Of a DNA stretch of 64,000 nucleotides, positions 54,160 to 64,000 are shown in pieces. The position numbers and the translations under genes were made by a program. The first letter of the stretch is position 1. Each line of letters opens with the position of its first letter. Below the pieces are notes generated by a model. The model was not told the DNA's origin. It ran no database searches and worked only from the letters and a program-made list of their open reading frames with translations. Origin of the DNA: Halocafeteria seosinensis (lineage: Eukaryota); contig LVLI01000305.1 of NCBI GenBank assembly GCA_001687465.1, forward strand, positions 62,001-126,000, given 5' to 3'.

Positions 54160-55640
54160 AGTTATGGGATATCACCGAATGAGGCTCGTCAATTTTGAAG
54201 ACACAATACTGACAATAATCAGTTTCCATCTATTTTATATTAAGCCCATAAGAATGGTTACAGAAGAACAGGAGTTGGATGCCAAGAAAGGCCATCATGT
54301 GCGCTGTCGGATTATATTATCCATCGAGGATGCATTCAAAATCCTCCGCACCAAGTGCTGCTAGCTATCAGTAATGGATGACGGCGATAACAAGAAAGCA
54401 AAATGAATTAATGAATAAAGACGAAATTTATTGGACCAGAAACTCTTAGCTAATGGGACCGTGGATTCTTCTTGCTACTCCCGGGGTGAAGAACACACGA
54501 AGGAATTCTCGTTGTGGGACCGGTTTGTTTTATGATCGTGCATGTGGCAGGTCTTGACTATTGATACCACTTAGGACAGTTAACAAAATGATAACCGTAT
54601 TTTCCGGCATCCAATACGCACACGTGCAGTGTTCAGCATCGGATCAAACCAAGTTAATAGTAGAGGAATTCAAGCCCTGCGTTGGTCTTTGTTATTCCTC
54701 TTCCAGGTCCCTCCTCTTGTTACAGGATGATACAACTAATAGCCACGGGCTTGTCTCACTACTCGATGATGGAGGTGGGCGCTCGGAAATGAACTTTATT
54801 GCCCAGCAACTCGTATTGGAAGCAATTGACCCTCCCTTCCATCACCTGGAAAAGAATCGAGAAAAGGAAGAATTCTCAGTTTGCTTCGATACGGCTACAG
54901 AGACAGAGATTTGTATTTCCCATTCAAAATTTCTGCGTAAATCATTTTACACTGATGTGCGTAGGGCATTCCTTTGTCAATGGATAAAGCTCACCATCGG
55001 AACTATGAATCTGTTGGTTGCAGACACTTGAAAAGTCTCCGTCTTCATCAGAAGTCCTTCGGTTTCGGAATAACTTTGTGTTGAAATGCGAATCAAGTGT
55101 CCAATGCAAGCGACTCATTGAAACCCTTGAAGGTACTACAATAAAATGTCAACTTGGGATGACTTAAAAGGTTTTAGCATAACACAGCCTTTGATTCCAT
55201 TTTGCCGCAGAGCTGTATCCCCAAGTCCGGCCAGGGACACAGCAAACCCGGGAACCTACGCCTGCAACATATTCTCCGTCAAAGTTTGGTCTAAACCCAA
55301 GCAGAAAACCAACATTGGCAATTCAAAGACGATGTCGCGTATCCATAGCGCCTGAGGTATTCTCGAGGGCGACGATAGACGATCACGTACTGAGGCAGTT
55401 TATCTTCGACATGCTTGAAGATCCGGAGTTTCATGGTGAGTGGATGTCTATCGCGGGTTTAAAACATAGTTGAGCATTTATTGATCCTAGAAACAAGATC
55501 AATTTGGATGCAGATTTTACAGCCGAAGTGTCTATACAGCTTGACCATTTGCATGAGAAAATGGATAAACTATTCCACCATGATAGTGTCAAGAAGCGAA
55601 AGCTACACACTGAAGCTACTTCCGCTTTGCTCAACAGCAA
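54160..55640 (+). pseudogene. Possible decayed coding sequence of unknown type
   Basis: About 1.5 kb in an otherwise compact genome, with several short protein-like frames broken by stops and no consistent splice model. Confidence 0.25.
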
Positions 55641-55663
55641 ACCGTAAAGAATGGAGAATAGTT

Positions 55664-57455
55664 CTAGAACATCTTCTTTAACTTGCGCAAATCAATGCGT
55701 TTCCACTTGGGAAGACTGTAGAACTCCACTTTAGACATACCAAAGACTTCGCGGAACTCTTCCAACGAAAGATAGGCCTGCACTTGACGAATATTTCCAG
55801 ATAACCGAGCAGACGCTGAAACGCAACATTACAACAGAATTAGCTCACTTCTCTCATTTTTGGATCTACATCCTCCGGAAACGGCTTTGCCTCCAGATCA
55901 CTCTTGGGGTACACTTTTCCGTTTACCCCGTCCTCGTCCTTCGGCTCAAATGGTTCACCATTGATAGTGAAGCTCGCGGCACCTGGAAACAGGATAAGAT
56001 AAAGGAAAATAGTAGACATGTGTATACATGTTAAAGAAGTGTAGGAAGAAAAAACTCACCTCCACGCGCACCTGTACTGACAGCTCGCGTTTTTAGATCC
56101 GAAGTATTCCCTGAAACGGCGTAGGTCTTGGATCCACCACCGAACTTGGGTTTCGGTTTTTCGCCGGTAGCTGCTTGTCCCTTCTCCTTTCCCCCCTTCT
56201 CCTTTTCCTTTTCAGCTGCTTGACTTGGCTTGACGGAAGGTTCTGCTTTGGGGGCTGTAGCAGTTTGGTTCATCTCACTACCCTTGTTGGTAGCTCTGTC
56301 GCTCTCTTTTGGCTGGTCACTCGGCTGTTTTTGCTGTGCGCCTTTACTTGCAGCTACTCCTTGCTTTTGAGATTCAGGCGCCGTCGGAGTCGATGGACTC
56401 GGAGAAGATGACGAGTCTCCACCTTCTTTGTTCTGTTTCCGCAAGGCATGCTTAGCCGACGTTAGGGCGTTTTCAGCGTTTTCATGCTCCGGGTTTTCGT
56501 CTAACACAGACTGGAATTGTTCAATTGCCTCTTCGTATCTACCGACCTTGTATAACGCAAAACCTGCGTTGTATACGGCTTCCAGTCTATCCTCTTGTTC
56601 CAGCTTCGGATTCGTCGCAGCAATTTTCAGTGGCTCAATTGCTTCTTCGTATCGTTCGAGTTGCATCAGAAGCGCACCAAGCGCTGATTGAGCTTCTATC
56701 TTAGAAGGGTCATCTTGAACAACTTCTTGCAAGTCACTAACCGCATCAGCAAGCCGATCCAATTTCATGTTGATGATGCCTCTTCTGAACAATCGAACGG
56801 CAGATTTCCCGTGTTTTAGTGCAATGTTTATCGTTTCCAAGGCCTCCTCATATTTTTCTTCATTCTGCAACTCAAGTGCTGTATCAGATGCTGCAAAGCT
56901 GTACACTTTCAGCAGATGATCATCAGCCTCGCCTTCGTCGACCAATGGTTGCAGCAACTCCAAGGCGTCTTTGGGGTTGTCATTGCGTATCAAGGTGGTA
57001 GCTCGGTCGGTCACAACATGTGGGTTGATCGGAGCCAAGTCGTACGCTTTCTTAGACCATTCATCTGCGAGTTCGTTCTGCTCGTTGCGCAAATACACGG
57101 AAACGAGTCCTCGTACTGCAGCCAAGTTCTCAGGGTCTTGCTCCACGACACTGTGGAAGCCCGCAGCCGCCCCTTCCAGATCGCCTTTCTCTCGCAGCGC
57201 AAGGGCTTTGTTATGCTGGGCCGACACATTGGAGGGGTCCGCTTTCAGTGCTTTATCGTAGTATTCGAGAGCTTCATCCGATTTGTTGAGATTCAGCAAA
57301 GCAGCGCCCATGTTGGCGTAGATGGCGGCTTTGGCCTCCTTATTTGACGCATCAATCTCGGGGAGGATGTCCATGAATATGTCATACGCCTCCTCGAATT
57401 GCTTCTGCGCAAACTTCTGCTGCGCTTGCTGGAATTTTTCGTCTATGGAGCTCAT
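55664..57455 (-). CDS. TPR-repeat protein with C-terminal villin headpiece domain
   Basis: Exon 57455-56060 has multiple TPR repeats and a low-complexity linker. Exons 55982-55849 and 55777-55664 give VYPKSDLEAKPFPEDVDPKMRE | AYLSLEEFREVFGMSKVEFYSLPKWKRIDLRKLKKMF*, a canonical headpiece. Confidence 0.88.
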
Positions 57456-57530
57456 TTTTCAATCGTATATGGGGCAATCAAGAAAAAGATTTTGTTTGCT
57501 GTTCCCAGCAAGGAATATCTTCACTTCCAG

Positions 57531-57552
57531 ACACACACACACACACACACAC
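57531..57552. repeat. (AC)n microsatellite
   Basis: Run of about 11 AC units upstream of the TPR-headpiece gene. Confidence 0.9.
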
Positions 57553-57998
57553 GGGAGAGCGAAATGAAAATTCGGGTACCAAGCTACTCGGTGGTTCTTG
57601 ATGCACCTACCATCCGACAAGGGGTCCAGACAAAACAATGAGCACTAAGAGGTAGGCTAGCTTTCGGGGAGCACTTGCCTTTCTTGGTGCGCTGATTCGG
57701 GACAAGAAGGGGGGCGAACTGGGGACGAGGACGGGGGAGGCAGGGAAGGAAGAAAAGAAACGAACTGCTGCACAACGACAAGGATGGAATCGGATCGAAT
57801 CAATGTTGAAAGTATTCAATTCCGTCAACGAAATAACATTATATCGTCTATTTCTTGGCGCACTTCATGCCCACCTCACACTCGACTTCGGACAGAATGG
57901 ACTATAGATGACTACATTACATTGGTTGTACTTAACACTGTCCCGGTACACTTTGGTGGGCGACTCGCTCATCCACAACATCTCACGGCATTCCTTAC

Positions 57999-60626
57999 TT
58001 ATTCAGCTTTGGGCTTTGCATTGGAGCTGGCGATACTGATGGACACATACGCAATCACAAGGGCTCCGGCAAGGGTGATGGCTGCAGTTACCAACGGGAC
58101 TAACGGGAAATCGGTCTGGTTGCCGATAGGTACGCTAAAGACGCTCTCATACGGCTTCACTTTCCGACTCAAACAAAAAGGATGCACCGGTGAATCTGGG
58201 AATGTTGACTCGTTGATAACCCTGGAGGAGTGCATAAACTTTTTATGATACTTTGGCACCCACGTTCCTACAGATACTGGCCAACCTGTTCGCTTAGTAA
58301 TGACGGGAATCAACTCTGTGCTTTCTCCGCATTGGAGAAACAATTTAGGATCCGGTATATAAGCCGATCCGTAACAACCTTCGAAGAGAGAGAATTGGCC
58401 GTTGGACTCAGTTGCGTTCGACGAGCAGCCAGCAGACTGGTATCGGAAGTGAATGGGCAGGCTGATGTGAGAATCGAGAACGCACATTTCGCCTTCGCAC
58501 ACAAACGTGGACCTCATACTGGCATTGGATGACTTAAGAGTAAACTGTGAAAAACCTTCCAAGGTAGTTCTATCAGAGTCGCCGACTCTCAGAGGCTGCT
58601 GAACAAGGACCTGGTGTTGAGCGGAGGCACTTGCAGGAAGCTCAACGTCGATATATCTTAAAAACGAAACTATATGAATAGAGCCACTTCTTTCAATCTC
58701 TCGCAGTTCATCCAGGTCAAAGTAAGTAGTTTTCTCTAGCCTTTGAGAGAGGACTATACTGCATGCATTGGGATCAATAACAGCAGACCGGGCAATACTG
58801 CCGCTTAATGAATACTCCATTTGGCGATGAAGACCTCCAGAAGAGAGCACGCGATTTGCGAAGTCAGCTTGCAGCTCGGGTCTCGAAGTCGACGGAACAT
58901 AACCTTGGGGGAAAATTGGAGAATAAGGAACAAGGGAAGAAAGCTGATAGGCGAATTTTTTCACTCCTAGTTCTGTTGCTGTCATAGAGTTAAGGAAATG
59001 TTCTCTCTTCAGCAGATGGGTGGTCTCCAAGTGTCCTAGCTCATTCAATCTATCCAGATGAGAGGCTACCTGTTTCGATAGAGGTTCTGGTAATTTCCAT
59101 TCTAGCGCTGTAATTATTCTGGAAGCTACATGGGAGTTGTCCTTCGTGTGGAACATAGCCAGTGATTGGTTGGGATAGATTCCGGGATGCAGAGTAGAGC
59201 GTTTGTCTTCCATGTAGGCTTGGGTCAAACCAATCTGAAGGGTAGAAGAATCAGCCTCAGGGACCGCTGTTTCTACTATCCGGATTATGACATTCCGGGG
59301 ATTCTCCGGATTTCTGGCCAATGTAACAAAACTGGATAGTGCTTGCCATTGTGAGGAATGAAGAATGAAATCCTTTGTTTGTTCAGCCACGAACGTCTCC
59401 AATACACCCATCTCGTCAAGTTTGCGATTCGCATGGAAGACTAAGGAATGCTGGTATAAACCTGGACAGTAGTCACTCTCAGAAAATATGACACTATCAT
59501 CTGCATCAATTTCAGTAATGTTGCCACCCCATCGTAGGCCATTTCGAGCTCCCGGGAACTGTTCACGCCAAACTGTTTCATCACCAGCCATTTTCTTAGC
59601 CTGATTCAACCCCTCCATCGAAGCCGTTGCTGTGCCAGGACTGACTGTTTGCGGTTGGTACCAGCTAAAAATTGATTTTGGGTAGCGCTTTTCCCTAGTG
59701 TATAAACGAGCTGGTATCTGAATGGGGTTGCGTATCTCTTGAGCCGGGCCTTTGGAACCTGAATAGTCGAGACTCAATGCTTTCGGCTCATTGCCGGAAG
59801 ATCGCTGACACAAGAGGCGACTTACCAAAGTAGGAGTGATTGCCAGCTGTAAACAGTCCTCTCAGCAAAGCGGATGTGATGTTCTGGATTGCCGAGGAAA
59901 CTTCCTCAACTTCTGCTTTGGTAGCGAGCTCGTGTTCTGCTACTCCTGCTATTCGCTGCGCCGGAAATTGTTCCAGGGCTCCAAAATACTCTAGTCGGCG
60001 ACGTTGATTCACTGCTGCAATATCATCTCCATCTGGAGCACAGATATGGAATGGAGGATGCTCCATTTCGTACTGTTCCATCATTTTAACAAATTCTCGG
60101 CGCTTTATAGCTTCTTCAGCATCTGTTTCTTCCTCTGCTTCATCCAAGTCCCGCCGTCGTAAGATTTTCGAGAAGTCACTGGGACAGTGAATCATATCGA
60201 TATCGATTGCTTTAAGAGACGAAGGAAACTGCATCCCATTCCGTCACCGTCAAAATTCAGTACGACGAGTGCATACATTAACCAATAAGATCTTACCTCT
60301 AACCCCGCCGGCAGCTCGAGTTCAAAGCTTCCATCATAGACGACTCCTCCAATGTCCCTGGCTTCCAGTTCTACATCTTCTCGTTGCCCCACCATATCGG
60401 CAAAGGTTGCGTTTTGTGTCCAGTATTTACGCAGTCTGGGGTTAGCTTCTTCCTCCACGGCCAACGTGGTTGCGTAGGAAGTCGGATCCCGTCTCAGAAA
60501 GTAGTGTATACTTTCATGCGGCCAGCTCAGGAGATCTGGAGTATCCTTCGCAGACTTCCCAGCCAGTGTTGGAGTGGCCATTACGAGCCCCATACACACA
60601 AGAAAGACAGTGAATGAAGCCGCCAT
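57999..60626 (-). CDS. Type I membrane protein with C-terminal PIG-X/Pbn1-like domain
   Basis: Signal peptide MAASFTVFLVCMGLVMA and two introns. C-terminal motifs YFDLDEL, IDVELPA, LPIHFRYQ, IPDP.LF..C and VPIGN...LV...T, followed by a TM helix. Confidence 0.72.
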
Positions 60627-60951
60627 CTTAGTCCTCTTTGGTGCGATGGTGGCTCTTCCTAAAATAAGAATCAAAACTAATCGTATCAACGGTACACGTG
60701 CTAAACAAACATGAAATAAGGTGCTATCAAGCTCTAGGCAGCATTGGGCTTGAATGAGCCCACAACAACGACGATAAAACCCTTCATACAGAAGCCCTAC
60801 CATGCTGTGGTTGAAGTTTGGGTACACAGCCGCGGAGAGGGTCTATACAGCGTCTATAAATAATGTTTGTCTCTTTTTCCACTTTCGAGTATATGTGCAT
60901 ACATGTATGCGTGTACCTATGGAAGAATCAGCGCAGTTCTGAGGGACGATA

Positions 60952-62909
60952 ATGCAGCAGCAGCACCAACAGGGAGCCCGTGCACCGCAGCAAGGGGCTT
61001 CTCACGAATACAAGAGTAGCGCTCCTGCAGATTGGGTTGCCGAGAAACAGTTCCAGCATGACCAACATAAGCGGATGAATGAGGAGGGGATGGAGGATGT
61101 GGAAATGGACGAGGAGGAAACGTGCAGTCTCTGTGCCTCAGCAGCCAATACCTGCTCCTCGGGACTTCTTCAGAGATGCTTTTCACGATGGGGCAAACGT
61201 ACCACAGTGGAAATTAAGATTCTCAAAGAAAGCCCATGGCAGCAGAAACTGTTCGTCGTCGTGGCTGTTCTACAAGGTACTGCTCGGTGTTTGCTTGTGC
61301 GTTGAAAATATGCACTATATTATCATGGGAGTCATGCGCCGTTTTGCAGTGGTGTATCTCCTGGCACAGTTGTTCTGGGATTTAGAATGTACCGAAAGAA
61401 AAGGAAGCGAGGATTCTGGTGGAGAACTATTAATACAGGACGTGCGGCTCCTAGTCATTCATATGGTGGTGTTGTCGCCAACAGCTCTTTACTTTGCAAT
61501 TGATGCGATACTGACAGATAATGTAAGCACATCATACGATGGTACTGGAGATAGTGGTTGCCGCTATTCACTACTAGTTATGTCAATTGTGAACAATTGT
61601 GCTCGTGCAGACTTCAGAATTGTTTGCCTTTTTATTCATGTCTCTGTTGTTACCAGCTCGGGTAATTTCGTTTGAGCTTGTCGACGGCCAGCAGGATTGT
61701 CCAGAGGGAGCGGATGTTGCCGGCTTTGTTCTCGCAGTTTTCACGGGTGTCTTCAACATTGTCTACTTTGCACTTCTATGTAACACTTATAGGGACTTGA
61801 GGCTTAAGCGATTTTATTCGCTTGGAGCTGTAAGTTTACGCTTGTCGAGTTGACACCTACCGTGTTAAGAGATGTTCGTCGTCGTGGACTGCTCGCAGGA
61901 TCCTAAAACAAGGGAGCTATACAGATTACATGAAAAATTCGACTCGATAAAGAAATTGGATGCTGTGATGGTGCTCTTGATTATGGCCACACTGATCTTC
62001 TTCGAGGCTTCAGCGAGCAATGATCGCGATCAAGCTACTCGGTTAACAATCATTATACTCCTGTTTTTGACCGAAATTCCGTTTGCTGTGGTTGGTTCTC
62101 AAGCGGTGGCTCGCTCAGATCCGTACCGTACCTATTTGTTTTGGGCGATCGCGATATTTTTGCCCGTCTTTGTGGTCACATTTGGAAGCGAAGCTGCTTC
62201 CGACTCGGCTCATTTTAATGAATTCAAAGAGAACAGTCGGGGAGAAGTGGACGTTGGTAGGTATGCCACAATGGTTGTTATAGGATCTGTATCAATAATT
62301 GTGAGGGCGTCGACAGTCATATTTAGCGTTCTACTCTACTTTAAGTACGGAACTCCACAATACCGAAAGATGCTCAAACTGGTGCAGGAAGGCGTGTTCA
62401 AATATAAGAGATATCTGAAGACTCGCCGGCCGTCGTCAAAGTCCGGAGATGATATCGGGGGAAAGTTCGTAGGTGAGCTAAGTCGGTCAAGTACTCGGGA
62501 GAGCCGAACCCCGAGTGATGCTTCGAGGGGAGAGAGTTTCTACGAAGATGTGGAGAGGTTCAGGGATATGGAAAATACAATGAGAGCACAATCGTTCGTT
62601 GCTCCTCCGTCGTCGATGGAGGACGATGTCATAGAGAATCCTCTCAGGGCTAACTCATATTCAAAAGAGGAGAACGGGTACAGTGAAGTCAACACAGATG
62701 TTCACAATCAGCGGACTAACTCCTCACACAGTAGCACCCAAGAAGCAATACAGGACTCGGGATACGGGCACGATTCAGTGAGTAGAGCTACCTCCAATCA
62801 CACAACGAGAGGGGGAAGTGGAAGGAACAAGAGATCTAAGAGACCTCAGTACGATGCCAGGGCCAAGGCGAAGAACTTCGAAAACTTTGCAGCTGAATTG
62901 GAAGAGTGA
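60952..62909 (+). CDS. Multipass (about 8 TM) membrane protein, resembles the UPF0658 Golgi membrane family
   Basis: Four exons with repeated hydrophobic helices. Motifs AIDAILTDN, LGA | DP..R.LY.....SIKKLD and AVARSD, then a long hydrophilic tail. Family assignment is from recall only. Confidence 0.6.
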
Positions 62910-63562
62910 GAGAACATGATTGACGTGGAACGTGTATGCAAGATACACCAGACAGGCGCTGTCTCCATTGTGGATTCTATCCACTGGGGGTGAAGTGCTA
63001 CCGGATGTTAATCAGTGGTTGAGCACAGCATCAAGTTAGGAAGCTAAGGCACGGTGCGAACGTGTGTAACGATAACAAGGGTACCTATCATAAGTTGCGA
63101 ACGCGAAGACTCCGTTGCCGTAGTTGATTCGCTCATAATTTTTAAGCAATTCCAACCAGAGCCGAACTCAAACGAAATAAACTTGCAAAGCATGTTCTGC
63201 TAAAACATTTTTGTTCCCCGTGACGCATTCACTCTACAGTGTCCCGCTTCCTCGACTCAGCCTGAGCTCAGGAAAAGGAGTAAAGTATGGTACTACTGTC
63301 AGACAGTCTCAGCGTACCTACACGAAAAGAAGTTTCCAACAGCGTCGACTTGACCTATCTCCAAGTAATGATTGCACGGTTACGATTGACAATTGAGCGG
63401 GCTCAGCGGGGCTCATGCATACATCAAAGTGTTATATCACAGTGTAATGTGTCGTTATTATTCTGTACTATACCATAGAGGGACGCCGAGGTGTACGGTC
63501 GATACCCCGCGTTTTCTGCCGCTGTAAAAAGCGTCTGTTTGTGGGTGTAAACGCGGTGCACG

Positions 63563-64000
63563 ATGGCATCTTCTTCTTCAGGAGCTCATATAAGTACATC
63601 CTCAGGGAAAGGAGATCGACGGAATCGTGAAAATACGAATGGCACGAGTGCCAGTTGTAAGCGTGATCAATCTCTGATCACCCAGGATTTCAGTGATGAA
63701 GTGGAAGCGGTCTTTCGTCAAGTCTTCCCGAAATCCAAAGATGAATTAGATCTTCCCGATTTTGACGTCTACGACTATATTAACCGTAAATTCCCCGATG
63801 AGGATTCCCTTGGAGACTTGGATGATGAAATAGTTCGCTGTGACCACGAGATTGAGCAGCTGGACAAATCCATAGCATCGTCCGTCCGTGAACAAGCCAC
63901 CAATTCATCGAAGGCCGTCAAGGAAGTGGAAGATGCTAAACTCTCCATTAGTGAGCTGTTTTCCAAGATTTCTGAAATTAAGACAAAGTCTATCAACAGT
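63563..64000 (+). CDS. VPS53: GARP/EARP complex subunit Vps53, 5' part (runs off the window end)
   Basis: Open frame from ATG 63563: VFPKSKDELDLPDFDVYDYINRKFPDEDSLGDLD...IASSVREQ...AKLSISELFSKISEIKTKS, matching the Vps53 N-terminus. Confidence 0.88.
   Translation, partial: MASSSSGAHISTSSGKGDRRNRENTNGTSASCKRDQSLITQDFSDEVEAVFRQVFPKSKDELDLPDFDVYDYINRKFPDEDSLGDLDDEIVRCDHEIEQLDKSIASSVREQATNSSKAVKEVEDAKLSISELFSKISEIKTKSINS

Overview
Gene-dense eukaryotic (protist) genomic DNA with many short GT-AG introns (mostly about 55-100 nt), so the ORF track fragments or misses most genes. A flagellated, possibly stramenopile-like organism is my inference. About 25 protein genes can be reconstructed: V-ATPase subunits a and A head-to-head, SPEF1, SKP1, RPL27A, two PH+Sec6-like paralogs flanking PIG-Q, a MAP2K, an HSF-domain factor, HAP2/GCS1, DMC1, LTN1, a GNB1L-like WD40 protein, alpha-tubulin, two tandem P2X-like channels, a coiled-coil protein, NAGPA-like and Siw14-like enzymes, a TPR+villin-headpiece protein, a long PIG-X-like protein, a multipass membrane protein and the start of VPS53. 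The most striking feature is a compact candidate sex-gene cluster at 23-32 kb: the gamete fusogen HAP2 and the meiotic recombinase DMC1 diverge from a shared ~680-bp region, next to an HSF factor and a MAP2K. An accessory island at 6.2-11.1 kb holds a three-exon gene for a 96-aa secreted 10-cysteine peptide that the ORF track does not assemble. It also holds a decayed Polinton/Maverick-type DNA polymerase B relic interrupted by a 257-bp element with perfect 26-bp terminal inverted repeats. Gene models were built by hand from splice signals and recalled family motifs; no searches were run.
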